The notes beneath the pieces were generated by a model. It was not told the DNA's origin. It searched no databases and saw only the letters and a list, made by a program, of their open reading frames with translations. From Eukaryota sp. TZLM1-RC (Eukaryota > Protista > Metamonada: BaSk clade), in contig JAUPSS010000002.1 in the NCBI GenBank assembly GCA_040285825.1, positions 1,116,001 to 1,180,000 of the forward strand: DNA of 64,000 bases, read 5' to 3'. The translations under genes were made by a program, and so were the position numbers. Positions within the stretch are counted from its first letter, which is position 1, and every line of letters begins with the position of its first letter. Positions 32,124 through 44,674 of the stretch are shown here, piece by piece.

Positions 32124-34796
32124 ATGTCCATTGTTTTATTTGATTATAAACTAAAAAAACCAAAAGACCAATTACGAAAACCCCAAGAACACATGTTCTA
32201 CCCTGACCTTGTCAGCGACCAGTCCATTCCATTAGGCCCACAGTACAACACCGTAAATAGTCAAACTACTCCACTTTTCACTGACCATGACGACATTGTG
32301 GCAACTGTTGTTTCTTTAAATAGTGTTTGTCGTTCAATGGACCCTTCCCTATCCACTACTCTTACAGAAGTTTGTAAAAAACTTATGAGTTCTTCGGTTG
32401 AAACCAGGAGACTTTTTCTCTGCCTCAATGGCCATGGACCCTTAATTGACTTTATCTCACATGTTTCTAACCACCTTCGTCTACAGCTTCAAAAACTCCA
32501 TTATCCAACTGAATTTTATTCTGCTGCTTTTGATGGATCCCTCTCTACATCTGATTCCTTCGAATTACTGTGTCAACCCGTCCCACTCTCCACATCTGTC
32601 ACTTTCCCGACCAATGTGACCCCTGCAGCTCTCATCCATGCTGTGGGTGTCATAAAGTATCTATCAATAGATTGTTATAATGCTGATAACCCAGACGATT
32701 CTGACGAAGAAAAGGATGACGATACCATTGAATCAATGCTCACCAATAACTTTGTAATCACTCCTTCTTTAGCAGAAGATCTCATCACTCTGGCTATGTC
32801 CACACCATTGGCTTCTTCTGACTTTTTCGGCACCTCTGAACCCCTTGAATTCCTGGTGGTGGTCTCTTCTGCAGCAGCCGAGGCCTTGAACTTTTCCTCA
32901 TCTGACTTACTATCCAAGCCCAATTGTATAAATACTCAACAAGCCCTACCTTTACCAGGGTCATTGGTTGCTTTCTCCTTAATGAAACCAGTGGAGTTTT
33001 GTTTGTTCAGCAGGGTGTTGGGTCCTCTTACTGCTCTTCCCAATCCCAGTGTCTTGGACAATCATTTTGGATTGATTAGGTTGATTGAGAATGGGTTAGA
33101 TACTTTACCTTCCCCTTTTGTGCATCCTTCTCCTATTTCGAGCTCATACGTTCATAGTTTATTATCGAGCCTTGATTTCCTGCCTTGTCGTCTTGGTCTT
33201 ATGCTCTCTCTTCAGTGCTTGGTTGCTCCTTTCTGTTCAAAGTTCATGGATGATGAGATGTTTAGTTTCATTATCAGACTTGTAGGAGCCCCAAACACTG
33301 ATTCCTTACTTTCACAACTGAAACAGCCAAACAAGAGATCAAGAGCAAAAAGAGATTTACTTCAAACGATTGCTGCATCAGCTGTCCTTTTCCTTCCTAG
33401 AACCCAGAGCAGTGGGTATTCGTGGAGTGAAATTTCTCAAGTTATAGTAAGCAAAAGAGGATTAGATCTTTCATCAGCCGAGGACTTTACTTTGAGACAG
33501 TTACGCTTACTTAATTTGGGAAGGGGTGATCGTAACTTAAATTCAATTTTGGAATTAGTCCTGTCAGGCTGCAGAGCTGAACTTCTTCTGACCATGGCCA
33601 GCCTTTCGAACGGGCCTTTTAGGTCCTTTTTCCTTAAAAAATTGTTTTCGGCACCTCTTCCATGTTTCCTTTCACTGAAACATTCACTTGGGTTACTTGC
33701 ACAACGCAGATGGGATCCTCAAGTGGGAAGTGTCTCTAAGTTTACTCAAGCCAGGTGCTTTGACCATCGCCATGACATTTTAGTAGCTGCATGTGCAAGG
33801 TTGTTGTTTACTATTTCTTCATCTTTTTCCACTGATAGCTTGGGGGCTTTGACTGGCTTAAATGAACGAACATTAGAAGGGATTGATACTGATCAGCTAG
33901 AACTAGTTGTTGAGCACAATCCCAATTCGGTGTTTGGGGTTTTGGTAAAGACGGCAAGAGTTCTATCATATACATTTCCTAATGAAGAAGAGTTGTTGGA
34001 GGAGGATGATGAACATTTGCCAAATTCCAACACAACTGCAAGTGATTTACTAAGGTGTAATAGATTGATTGGAATTTCTCGACTATTACCATTCTTTGAT
34101 TCATTTCTTCATACTGATCACCCCAAATTTCTATGTGCAAGACGACCAGAAGAACATTCTATTCTGAAAACAAGGGCACTTTTGGTAAGGAAAGCTGGGC
34201 TGATTCCCATTGTTATTGATAACATTTTAGTTGATCTTGATACAGGACCTAATAGACTTGAATCTTGCTTTGATTTCTTGGGTTCATGTCTACGTTTTCC
34301 TCTTCTTCGCAGTGTCGTCTCTGAGTGTGTAAATGGTGAACAAGGGGAAAAGTTCTTTGAGATTGTTAGAAATCATTGTTCGGAGTCTGCCTTGTTCATT
34401 CGATCCTTGGTCTTTGAATGTAATTTTCAAAAAGATTATAATCCATTCGAGCCTGTTTTACAACAATTTAGTGACCAAATACTGCACAGTGGTGATGTCT
34501 TGAAGAAATTATTAACCAATATCAATTTAACCAATATTCAAAGGGGTAATATTTGTGTGTTCAATTCAGCCTTGATGATTTTGTATTTAAATTCTCCATT
34601 ATTGGATACAATTTCTTTTTCTAAAAAGGAAACAGATGCGCTTTTTGATTTTATTAGAATGTGGAAAAAAACCTATCTTATTGCACAAGCAGAAATTACA
34701 TCATTTTATGCTTCTTGTTCCCTTCCATTAAGGAGATCTCTTCCAGGAATTGTGGAAAGATTGTTAACTAAGTTAAGCGTCAAAGGAAAGGCTTAG
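32124..34796 (+). CDS. TRPC4AP: TRPC4AP/TRUSS-like (DCAF) protein; start may be ATG 32193
   Basis: C-terminal motifs KAGLIPIVIDNIL...LESCFDFLGSCLRF, ESALFIRSLV, NIQRGNICVFNSALMILYL and FIRMWKKTYL parallel the TRPC4AP C-terminal conserved domain. Confidence 0.7.
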   Translation: MSIVLFDYKLKKPKDQLRKPQEHMFYPDLVSDQSIPLGPQYNTVNSQTTPLFTDHDDIVATVVSLNSVCRSMDPSLSTTLTEVCKKLMSSSVETRRLFLCLNGHGPLIDFISHVSNHLRLQLQKLHYPTEFYSAAFDGSLSTSDSFELLCQPVPLSTSVTFPTNVTPAALIHAVGVIKYLSIDCYNADNPDDSDEEKDDDTIESMLTNNFVITPSLAEDLITLAMSTPLASSDFFGTSEPLEFLVVVSSAAAEALNFSSSDLLSKPNCINTQQALPLPGSLVAFSLMKPVEFCLFSRVLGPLTALPNPSVLDNHFGLIRLIENGLDTLPSPFVHPSPISSSYVHSLLSSLDFLPCRLGLMLSLQCLVAPFCSKFMDDEMFSFIIRLVGAPNTDSLLSQLKQPNKRSRAKRDLLQTIAASAVLFLPRTQSSGYSWSEISQVIVSKRGLDLSSAEDFTLRQLRLLNLGRGDRNLNSILELVLSGCRAELLLTMASLSNGPFRSFFLKKLFSAPLPCFLSLKHSLGLLAQRRWDPQVGSVSKFTQARCFDHRHDILVAACARLLFTISSSFSTDSLGALTGLNERTLEGIDTDQLELVVEHNPNSVFGVLVKTARVLSYTFPNEEELLEEDDEHLPNSNTTASDLLRCNRLIGISRLLPFFDSFLHTDHPKFLCARRPEEHSILKTRALLVRKAGLIPIVIDNILVDLDTGPNRLESCFDFLGSCLRFPLLRSVVSECVNGEQGEKFFEIVRNHCSESALFIRSLVFECNFQKDYNPFEPVLQQFSDQILHSGDVLKKLLTNINLTNIQRGNICVFNSALMILYLNSPLLDTISFSKKETDALFDFIRMWKKTYLIAQAEITSFYASCSLPLRRSLPGIVERLLTKLSVKGKA

Positions 34797-35170
34797 TTGT
34801 TTCTTAATATTAAATCAGTGCGGTTTTCTTCAGACAGGATTGGTTTCGGTGGGTTTTTTTGACATTTGTATTTTTTTAATTTCCACTAAATAAACTAGTT
34901 TTTGAAGAATTACCCTTTTTTAATCATCAATGGGTGTGTATTTCAGAGACTTTAACACCCGGGCTCAATATTGCGCTATAAATTATAAGCTTAATTAATT
35001 TACAGTTTGGTTGTTCTAAATTGTAGTAATTGTAGGTGGCTTTTATAACGTTTTACATTGCTATTTTAAGATTTCATATACAGATGTCTTATCTATTGAT
35101 TCTAATTAATTGAGCCCCTGTAAACGCTTCCTGTTTGTTGAAGAATTGTAAGTCAAGACTACACATTTCC

Positions 35171-35294
35171 AGACATTAAGCAGATCAAGATTTTGTAGAG
35201 GAAATCTTGGTTCAATGATAGTCGTCCCATTAGTTATGAGTTAATTTAATTAAGTGTGCAAATTCAATAAATATAACTTTAGACATTAAGCAGA
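35171..35294 (+). mobile_element. ~100-bp 5'-truncated CRE-like family A insertion with 14-bp flanking direct repeat
   Basis: agacattaagcaga occurs at 35171-35184 and 35281-35294, around the family A 3' tip (gatcaagattttgtagaggaaatcttggttcaa...caaattcaataaat). Confidence 0.85.
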
Positions 35295-35363
35295 AAAACA
35301 ATGAATGTTCAAAAGATTTGCAAGTTTTAGTTTTCCAGGCTCCAACCCACGCCATATCCTTGA

Positions 35364-37556
35364 ATGGCTTCCCCTCATGACAACTTTGTCTCTGACGGAT
35401 CTCCCTATACTCCCTTGACTTCTTCTCCTTCTCCCCACTTCACTACTGTTTCTGAACCGTCCTCAGCCCTCTCTTCTCCTAAACTTCACCGTGATCGTTA
35501 CTCTCAGCTTTCTCCTGATGAACAACGATGGAAAATACATGATCGTCTTCAATCTGCTAAGCAAAAACGTTCCGAACATTTACGACGAAAGAAGGATGTC
35601 TGGAAACGAGAACAAGAGAAAATAAACCTAGCAAATCAACGCAGAGAAGAGAAGAAGGACCAAATTCTACACACTTCTGAACAAAGACAAAGGTCTGCGC
35701 AAGCACGAAGGGAGCAAAACATGAAGGAAATCAAAGATAAAACCACTGAACAGTTAAGTAAGGTTTCAGAAGCCTTATTTGTCCATAACTTGGCCAAGGA
35801 TTCCCGGAGCTTCGGAATCCACGAGCTCAATATTAGGAAGCAAGCCAATGCTGATGATAGAAGAAAGCAAATGTTGAAGAGTCAGACGGAAAACTTAAAG
35901 TTGTCAAATCATGATAGAATAGAAAAGGCTCAGAAGAAGAGAGAGATGATTGAGGCTGAAAAGATTGAAAAGTTTAAGCGGAATGAAGAGAAGAGAGAGT
36001 TTCAAAGGGGTAAAGTTAAGTCCTCGCCAGTTAGTTATAGAGAAAGTCAAGAAGGGTCAATTAAAGAAAGGGTCAAGAATGTCGATACAGTCAATCAATT
36101 GAATGATTTTGTGGGAAGGTGTGAACGTGAAGGTCAAATATTAGGATCAGAATTCAAAAGCAAACTTGAAACATGCCAAGATTATCTTGATTTTTGTGAT
36201 TCCAATCAAGGGATTCAACTAATCAATTTGATTGCAGAGTTTCAGCTGTTAGTAACTGGGTTAGTTTCCGAAATCAGTTCATCGCCTTCCTCTGCTCGTA
36301 ATCAAAAATTCAAAAATTTCCAGAGAATTATCCAGGAAATCACAAAGGAAAAGTACTCAGTATCTTCTGAAACTGTTGCTAAATTTCTTATTGCAACCGA
36401 ATTTATCGACTGTTTTTTCACTCTCATCGCCTCATCATCTTTGTTGAATTTTGAACACAAAAAGTCTTTATTAAGTATAGTTGTGTCTTTTTTGAAGGAA
36501 CTTAATACTCAAATGATCATTAATTATATTTATTTATCCAAAAAGTTTGTTATCATTATCTCTCTTATTATTAATCTTATCGAGACTACCCCCAAAAAGA
36601 AAGCAAATTCAATTAGTTTGCTTCTATTTGGTTTAATTGAGTTTGTTCTCTATCTGTTTAGTTTTATTGGACCTAATAGTCATTTAGTTTACGAAAACTG
36701 CTCTGATTTTATAGACTTTTCCTTGCAATCTGGTTTATTCAAGACAATGCTAGAATATTTTTATGAAAATTTATTGTCTGATTCTAAAATGAATTTAGTA
36801 TTTGAATTTTTCCACAAGTTTGCTCTATTTTTTGACACCTTAATCATTCATAATCACTCAATCTCCGAGTCAACTCTACGTTCCGGTTTCGTTTCTTCCA
36901 TTTTAACTTCCCTTTTCGACACTCTGTCCGCAATTGTTCTCTCAATCTGTGACACCTTTGCCACCAAGTCTTTTAGAGAGACTACTCAGTCCCTCCCTTC
37001 GTCACCCTTTACCCATGCTCTTCGGTCAGCCAGAAATATACAAGTGTCGAATGAAAAGCTATTGTTTATTGCTTCTTGTCTTTCTTTGGTTAATAAGTTG
37101 GGATCATTACAGCACCTTCACCCTTTTATTTCTGATTGTTTGGTTTTTAATTCGGTTCTGAGGTTGGAGTTTTTACACACCAGCTCTGCTTTACTGGCGC
37201 TTTGTTGTGCTAATTTAGAGGAACCGTCTTATTATTCTATTTCGGCCACAATTTTAGATTTATTCGTTTTTATTTCAAAGACTGAAAGTGGCAGGGAAAT
37301 CTTTTCAAGTTTTTCCATCGGCAATATGAATCTAATATCCCGATTATTGAACCTTCCATTTACTTTTTTCAGTGATTCCCTGTTAAAAGTTCGTCTTTTC
37401 TCTGTAATTTGTTTTTGTTTCATATCTGAAAGAAATAGAAGTTTAATTCTAGAGGAAATTAATCCAAGCTTTCTCATTGATTTTCTTAATCATAATCATT
37501 CAGGCACTTACTTGTCTATTGAAGAAAAGAACTTGGTCTTGGAACTTTTGACATAG
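35364..37556 (+). CDS. SCAPER: SCAPER-like protein
   Basis: Coiled coil RREQNMKEIKDKTTEQLSKVSEALFVHNL and C-terminal LISRLLNLPFTFFSDSLLKVRLFSVIC...RNRSLILEEINPSFLIDFL match SCAPER conserved blocks. Confidence 0.75.
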   Translation: MASPHDNFVSDGSPYTPLTSSPSPHFTTVSEPSSALSSPKLHRDRYSQLSPDEQRWKIHDRLQSAKQKRSEHLRRKKDVWKREQEKINLANQRREEKKDQILHTSEQRQRSAQARREQNMKEIKDKTTEQLSKVSEALFVHNLAKDSRSFGIHELNIRKQANADDRRKQMLKSQTENLKLSNHDRIEKAQKKREMIEAEKIEKFKRNEEKREFQRGKVKSSPVSYRESQEGSIKERVKNVDTVNQLNDFVGRCEREGQILGSEFKSKLETCQDYLDFCDSNQGIQLINLIAEFQLLVTGLVSEISSSPSSARNQKFKNFQRIIQEITKEKYSVSSETVAKFLIATEFIDCFFTLIASSSLLNFEHKKSLLSIVVSFLKELNTQMIINYIYLSKKFVIIISLIINLIETTPKKKANSISLLLFGLIEFVLYLFSFIGPNSHLVYENCSDFIDFSLQSGLFKTMLEYFYENLLSDSKMNLVFEFFHKFALFFDTLIIHNHSISESTLRSGFVSSILTSLFDTLSAIVLSICDTFATKSFRETTQSLPSSPFTHALRSARNIQVSNEKLLFIASCLSLVNKLGSLQHLHPFISDCLVFNSVLRLEFLHTSSALLALCCANLEEPSYYSISATILDLFVFISKTESGREIFSSFSIGNMNLISRLLNLPFTFFSDSLLKVRLFSVICFCFISERNRSLILEEINPSFLIDFLNHNHSGTYLSIEEKNLVLELLT

Positions 37557-37971
37557 GAGTTTGTTTAGTTTTTTTTTGCTTCTTTATTAGTTTCTTTGTA
37601 TATTATCATTTTTTGTTCATGGAGTTGTTATTCCAGAAACTCTAATTTATATTATTCTTGCCTGACCACAGAGTCGTTCCTTCAATAAATTTGTTTCTTT
37701 TCTCTCAATCTTTCTTTATCATTAGTATAATATTATGACCTAATGGAGCTAAAAGTGTTTGCAGAGATAGGTTTTGAAGATTTGTCTGACAAAGCACTTA
37801 ATTGTTGCGAAAAGTTTATTTATTTCTTTTATTGGATATTGGACATTGAACAGTCAAACAATTTAAGTTATAGAGGGAGTAAGACGATTGACCAAAGTAC
37901 AAAGTACAACTAAAACACACTATATATCTATAACACACAGTGTTTGTTCGTTGATATTAATAATTAATTAA

Positions 37972-38225
37972 TCAGTAGAAGCAGAAATTCTTTTGAAAGA
38001 CTTCCAACAGTTGGTTCAACAAAGAACAATGAAGAGATTCGATGTCTTTTTGTGGCGCTTAAGAATTTAATTCGCTGATATTAATAGATTACTTCATTTC
38101 TTTAATCAAATAAGAGATGCAATGGCGAGAAAACAGAAAGTCAGGCTATGGTAGGGTAAATCTTGGTTCAATGCATTTAGTCCAATATCTAATTTAACTT
38201 TATTAAGTGTTATAGTTCAATAGAA
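37972..38225 (+). mobile_element. Older, diverged CRE-like family A 3' end
   Basis: SVEAEILLKDFQQLVQQRTMKRFDVFLWRLRI*FADINRLLHFFNQIRDAMAR. Confidence 0.75.
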
Positions 38226-38349
38226 TAATTCGGATTCAATACTATAAAAGCAGTTGATAAAATGTCTACAAAGCAACATTAACATTGATTTAACCATATC
38301 GTTAACATTATTACTAAAATTTAATTTATTGAACTTATTATTAAACTTG

Positions 38350-39420
38350 ATGATTTAGAATTAAATAAATGGAAGAAATATTATCTTGACTGTTTGCCCT
38401 TGACACTTGGAGTAAATGTTTTCCTGATAATGTACAGGAAATACTACCAGGAAATACTAGTCTACTAGAAAATATGAGGTATATTGTTGAAAAAATGCAT
38501 CAAAATTGAAGGCTTGGATTTTAGTGTTCGTCGTGGATCGGCCAAAAATGATAATCCCACATTCGCCAATTTTCTGTTAGATGCCCAAAACAGTTCCTCT
38601 TTGTGTTTAATTTCTCAAATTCCTCAAATTTATGGTCTTCTTTCAGATAATACCACATTTTCTTCTACAATACGCCTTCAATGTTGCATTTGGCCTGATA
38701 AGGTTTCCAATATTTTGATATTTAAATGAGGATCAAAAATTTCTCCAAATCATCTTGTTAATTGTAAACACTTTATTACTCTCCGATCAAATTTTCATGA
38801 CACAGTTAGTGATCAACTCTATTGTATGTCAAAATCACAAAAAATTGTTTCCTATTTAGAACCATTACTCTTTCGTTTGGTTGATGAAGATGCTTTGAAT
38901 TCTTTTGGTCGAAATAGAGCTGATTTAATGCTTGAAGGTTTTGAGGGGACGACTATCATTACTGATGTGAATTCAACTGATGTGTGTAATAATTCTTTTA
39001 TACCATTAGCTCAGTCAAGACACAAAAATCCGCTGTCTGTTGCCGAAAACACTAAAATTGCTAAATATAGAGCAAAGTTGCTATCCTTGAATGCTGAATC
39101 ACATACTCATTATGTCCTTTGCCCATTTGCTTTTCCCCTACATGGCACGCTTGGACCACTTGTTTTATCTTTATTGGATGATTTTGTTGAAATTGTGCAA
39201 CAACATACAGGATGAATTTTTGACAAAATGTTTTGGAAGAAGAGAATTGTATTTTCAATTTTCAAAGGTGTTGTCTCCTTATTATCTTCTGCTTTTTTAC
39301 CTCTTGGTCGTTTTTATGAAGGAGAGATTTCCAGTCAATTGTTTTTGGCTGATTTGGGATATGAAGATATAGAAATTTAAGTTTGTACAATAGTGTTTTG
39401 TTATTATTTATTAATAAATT
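38350..39420 (+). mobile_element. CRE-like family C, 5'-truncated
   Basis: HLVNCKHFITLRSNFHD, LEPLL, NRADLMLEGFEGTTIITDVNSTD, AENTKIAKY and LCPFAFPLHGTLGP; homologous to 59725-60500. Confidence 0.85.
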
Positions 39421-39464
39421 AAGGTCATTTTTTGATTTTATGCTTTATAGCAAAGATTTCAAAA

Positions 39465-41990
39465 CATTTATTGAACTTCCATACTTAACAAAATAAATTC
39501 ATAATTAATGGATTTTATTTAATTGAACCAAGATTTCCTCTACAAAATCTTGATCTGCTTGATGTCTAGCTAAAGCTTCTCTTATTCGATTGAAAAACCG
39601 AGGTAATCTATTAATAATGGCAAATTGAATCCGAGAGCGCCATAAAAAAATATCAAATCTTTTCATTGTTTTTTCTTGAACCATTTTTTTAGAAGAAATT
39701 AATTTATTGAATTTGCACACTTGATTAAATAAAATCATAACTAATGGGACGACTATCATTAAACCAAGATTTCCTCTACAAAATCTTGATTTGCTTGCTG
39801 TCTAGCTAAAGCTTCTCTAATTCGATTGAAAAACCGCGGTAATCTATTAATAATGGCAAATTGAATCCGTGAACGCCATAAAAAAATATCAAATCTTTTC
39901 ATTGTTTTTTCTTTAACCATTTTTTGGAAGTCATCCAAAAAAGTTTCTGCTTCAACTGATAATCTTCCATTTATCGAAAATGGAAAAGCAATAAAAACCA
40001 GCTGTGTATTTCTATCGATATTTGCATCTTCAATTTCTTTATCATATTTTCTATGTTTTTCTTTTGCTTTAAAATCCAGAGCAGCCACAGGATTAAGTTT
40101 CCTTCTGTGAACCAAAGTATCGTTTGCAACATTACATGAGACAAAGTCAACAATAGCTTCAGAATTATCAATCCAATCACAGTATACATCACCTCTATCA
40201 TCAGAACCAAAATTATTCAGAGAAAGTGTTTCTTTCAGCAGGGGCTCTTTGATACACGATATCCTTGCAGTTTGTGCCATATTGAAAACAGTGTCTCTAA
40301 CAGCATCATGTAATGAAGAACGATAAGTTATCAATTTAGAGCAATTTAGAGCATGGCGCAAAGTGAGTTGAGGTGAATTCGAACAAATACATTTTTCTTT
40401 TGATAATAATTGGTTAATGGGGATGTTCAAATATAATCTCATTTTTGTTACAAATGCTTCATTAGTAGCACACAATCCAAATCTTCGTGGTACAATGGTT
40501 ACAAAAAGTGAAGAATCTGACACCTTGTTTTCACAAACACCCTTTTCCAATAACAATGAGTGAAGATCTTGATTTAAAACAGCCGAGCTGCAAATATTAT
40601 TATAAAGATCTTTTTCATACATTCCAGTCAATCTTTTCTGTAATGTTCGAAGAGTGTACTTCAAATTTAAAACATTTTTTTCTGGAATGTTGCCATTGAA
40701 TGATTGGGGAAAACATCGACCCCATTTTTCTACATCAATTCTTGAAATTTCTTCATTTAATGCAAAAACAGTGGAACTTTGCGTTGTCATCAATAAATCT
40801 TCCCAATCTGCAAATCTTTCGGAGAACTCAAAGATTGCATTTCTGCATCCACCAACAAAAGCACACGAGGTAAGAATAGAAGCCTTCGTCCACCCTAAAC
40901 CACCATATTGTGGACTAAGGTAAGCATGATCTGGAATTTGAAACATTTTACATCCCAGTAATTGAGACAGAACTTTTGCACGTAACTCATTAAACTTTTG
41001 AGCCAAAGGTCTAGTGACGAGAGGATTTGTAACCATTTTTGGAAATCATTCAAAAAAATTCCTGCTTCTACTGATAGTCTTCCATTTATCGAAAATGGGA
41101 AAGCAATAAAAACAAATGATCTACTTCTATCAGCATTAGCTTCTTTGATATCTCTGTCATATTTTCTATGTTTTTCTTTGACTTCAAATTCAAAAGCATC
41201 TACGGGATTAAGTTTTCTTCTTTGAAACAAAGTGTCATTTGCAACATTACAGAAGACAAAGTCAACAACAGCTTCAGAGTTCTCAATCCAATCACAGTAA
41301 ACATCACCTCTATCATCAGAACCAAAATTATTCAGAGAAAGTGTTTCCTTCAGCAGGGGCTCTTTGATACACGATATCCTTGCAATTCGTGCCATATTGA
41401 AAACAGTGTCTCTAACAGCATCATGTAATGATGAACGATAAGTTATCAATTTAGAGCAATTATGAGCATGGCGCAAAGTGAGTTGAGGTGAATTCGAACA
41501 AATACATTTCTCTTTTGATAATAATTGATAAATGGGGATATTCAAATATAATCTCATTTTTGTTACAAATGCATCATTAGTGGCACACAATCCAAATCTT
41601 CGTGGTACAATGGTTACAAAAAGTTAAGAATCTGACGACTTGTTTTCACAAACACCCTTTTCCAATAACAATGAGTGAAGATCTTGATTTAAAACAGCCG
41701 AGCTGCATATATTATTATAAAGATCTTTTTCATACATTCCAGTCAATCGTTTTTGTAATGTTCGAAGAGTGTATTTTATATTTAAATAATTCTTTTTGGG
41801 AATAATGCCATTGAGAGATAGGTAAAGCATCGACTCCCTTTTTCTACATCCATTTTTGAAATTTCTTCATTTAATGCAAACATAGAACTGCGCGTTGTCA
41901 TTAATAATTCTTTCCAATCTGCAAATCTTTCAGAAAACTAATTTTTTGCATTTCTGCATCCACCGATAAAAGCACACGAAGTAAGATTTT
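39465..41990 (-). mobile_element. Head-to-tail array of three CRE-like family A copies
   Basis: A short 3' copy at 39465-39690, a longer copy at 39698-41030 with an intact 425-aa thumb/Zn-knuckle/RLE frame (LSPQYGGLG, CICSNSPQLTLRHALNC, RGDVYC..IVD, AKEKHRKY), and a third copy at 41030-41990. Confidence 0.9.
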
Positions 41991-41999
41991 TTGATAATT

Positions 42000-42265
42000 T
42001 TTATTTATTCCGATAAAAAGCAAACTATACGACAAGGTTAAAATTCTGTGTCTTCATAACACAAATCAGCCAAGAAGAATTGACTAGGGGTTTTTCTTTC
42101 ATAAACGCGTCCAAGAGATAACAAAGCTGAAGATAATAAGGAAACAACACCTTTGAAAATTGAACATACAATTCTGTTTTGCCAAAAACTCTTCCAGTAC
42201 GTTGTTTCACAATTACAACAAAATCATCCAGAAAAGACAAAGCAAGAAAACCAAGCGTGTGATGA
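42000..42265 (-). mobile_element. CRE-like family C 3' fragment
   Basis: SFLDDFVVIVKQRTGRVF, matching the family C C-terminus. Confidence 0.75.
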
Positions 42266-42269
42266 AGGG

Positions 42270-43375
42270 AACGAAGTAAGAATTGATGCCTTTGTCCAAC
42301 CTAAACCGCCATAATGAGGATTAAGATAAGCATGATCAGGAATTTGGGACATTTTACAACCTAGTAATTGTGACAAAACTTTGGCACGTAATTCATTAAA
42401 TTTCTGGGCCAAAGGCCCAGCGATAAGAGGATTTATAGAGGGAAATATATTATTAAAAATGGAATTGAAACAAAGTCTTATAATGGTAAATTTGATATGA
42501 AAATGAGGACTTTTAAGGGGGTAATTCATGCCAATGAATGGAATCAATGCAATAATTCAAATTTAATAGAATTGAATCACAAACACTTGAATCCATTAAT
42601 TGCTGGTCGACTTGTTGTTGATACTTGTAGTGTTTACACAAATTATTATAAACCATGCAAATTCAACACAGTTTCTAAAATTTTATTAGGGGAGAGTAAA
42701 ATTGAACTTGATCCTCAGTATATTGCACAGTGTTAGAAGGTTCATGAAGCTGATCCCTTCTCAGATATTCCCTTAGTCCAAAGAAGAACTCTAGTCGGAG
42801 TTTATTGTCTGAGGGATACAGATTTAACCATGAAAATTATTTAATTTTTCTCTTACACCTTTTTGTTCCATAAGTTTTAACAAAAAAAGGAATTAGAGGT
42901 GATTTCATATTACCTGGATTAGATGAAACCATCATTTTCTTGGATTTAAAGTCTGTTGATTCTTGTGCCTCAAATGGAAGTCTTGCTAGTTCTGAAGTTC
43001 ATAATCCTCTTTTAAATGCTGAAAATTTCAAAACCAAAAAATACAATGAACGTTTGTCCAAATTGTTCAGTCAATAGCATGCAAAATACAATTTGTATCC
43101 ATTTGTATTTTCTTTACTTGGTTCACTTGCTCCAACGGCTATACGGTTTTTGGCAGATTTTGAACTGATTGTAAAGGGAAGAACTAACAGAAATTTTAAC
43201 AGATTGTTTTGGCAAAATAGAATTCTGTTTTCTATTTTTAAGGACATGTTAAAAACAGTTTCTGATGCTTTGCTTTCTCTTGGATCTCACTATGGGAGAG
43301 TTGCATCTAATTGTTTTGTTTTGGGAAAGATGGATTATTTAGAAGTTGATTTATAAGTTTTCTAATAAATAAATG
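42270..43375. mobile_element. Second copy of the A(-)/D(+) composite, running to the family D 3' end
   Basis: Shares the junction and linker with 3720-4480. The plus strand encodes RGDFILPGLDETIIFLD...YPFVFSLLGSLAPTAIRFLADF...FWQNRILFSIFK. Confidence 0.8.
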
Positions 43376-43414
43376 TTATTTAAAAAGGGATAAAAAATAT
43401 TTTGTATTACACAA

Positions 43415-44674
43415 TTGAAAAAATTGAATATGCGTTTCAAGAGACACATTCAAGAGCTTTCCTGTGATTACTTGGATCGGTTTGTTGATGTTTTCTACAA
43501 TGTTAAGAGAAACAATAAGGTTCTGAGAAAGCAAGATAAGACAAACTTCTCATCATTTATCAAGTTAAATCTCTCTTTTTCAAAGGATGTAGGGTTATTG
43601 AGGGCAAAACATCTACAATGAGCAATAGTCCCATCAATTATTTAGCTTTTGATTAATGGCCATCCCCCTCATTTACTTCCAACTACTTCTAAAAAGGAAA
43701 AATATTCACAATTTGTTTTGTTTTGTCAAAATCAAATTTGTATTGAAGAGCATTGTTACATTAAAAATTGTCAGAAGCCGACCAAACTCTTTCATGCTCT
43801 GCCTTTGAAAAATTCATTGGATTTAAACAGCAGTATAATTAATCAAATGACTGAAAGAACAATTAGTTTATTAAGAGGTGAAATTCCTCAAGACATCAAT
43901 ATTCCCCAAAAAATTAATTACTCATTCAACTTGAGAAATAATGATCACACGACTAAATCTGTATTAGAATGGAAAGCAACGTTATCCCAATTCAATTCCA
44001 AACGCTGCAGGTTTGATAGATTTATGGCAAATATTAAACAGAAGAATTATGTGAATAGTATCGTTGGTGAAGTCTATCATCAAAAAATATTTAGGAAACT
44101 AAGATGGTGGGCTGAGATTAATCGCACAAGATCTGAAGCAAAAATGATTCAGAGATTTAAATCAATAAATGATGATCCCAGCCAAGTAGTTATTGGAATT
44201 GGAGACTGGGAACAACGAAAACACATGAAATTCAAAGAACCTATCAAAGGAAAAGGTTTGAGAATTTTATTCAAAAAAAACTGGTTATAAGGTCTTTTTG
44301 ATTGATGAGTTTCGAACCAGTTGTTGTTGTTTCAATTGCAAGAAAGCGGAGAAAACAGTTTAAACATTCTGGTGGTGCAGAAATCCTAGGCCATCGAAGA
44401 GGCATGAGATGTCTATTCGTCACGGGCTTACCATGTGTAAATCAAGCGAAAGTTTGTGAAACAGAGACCGAAATGCTTCGCTGAATATGTTGGCAGTGAT
44501 GGAAGCACATCTAAACGGTGGAGATAGAATGGAATACCTACAGAGAGTCAAGGTTGATGAAAGTTCAAAGAAAATGGTATCAAGGAGAAAAACTTCCACT
44601 TCACAAAAACTCAGTCCCTCAACATCGGTTTAAAAAGGACACTTATTTCATTGTTATAGACATCATCTGTAAGA
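43415..44674 (+). mobile_element. Fanzor1 family-1 pseudogene (RuvC-I region missing) with right end abutting the kelch gene ATG
   Basis: YHQKIFRKLRWWAEINRTRSEAKMIQRF, VVIGIGDWEQRKHMKFKEPIKGKGLR, frameshift, GYKVFLIDEFRTSCCCFNC (RuvC-II E + Zn finger), RHGLTMC and NRDRNASLNM (RuvC-III). Stop at 44631-44633. Confidence 0.9.
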
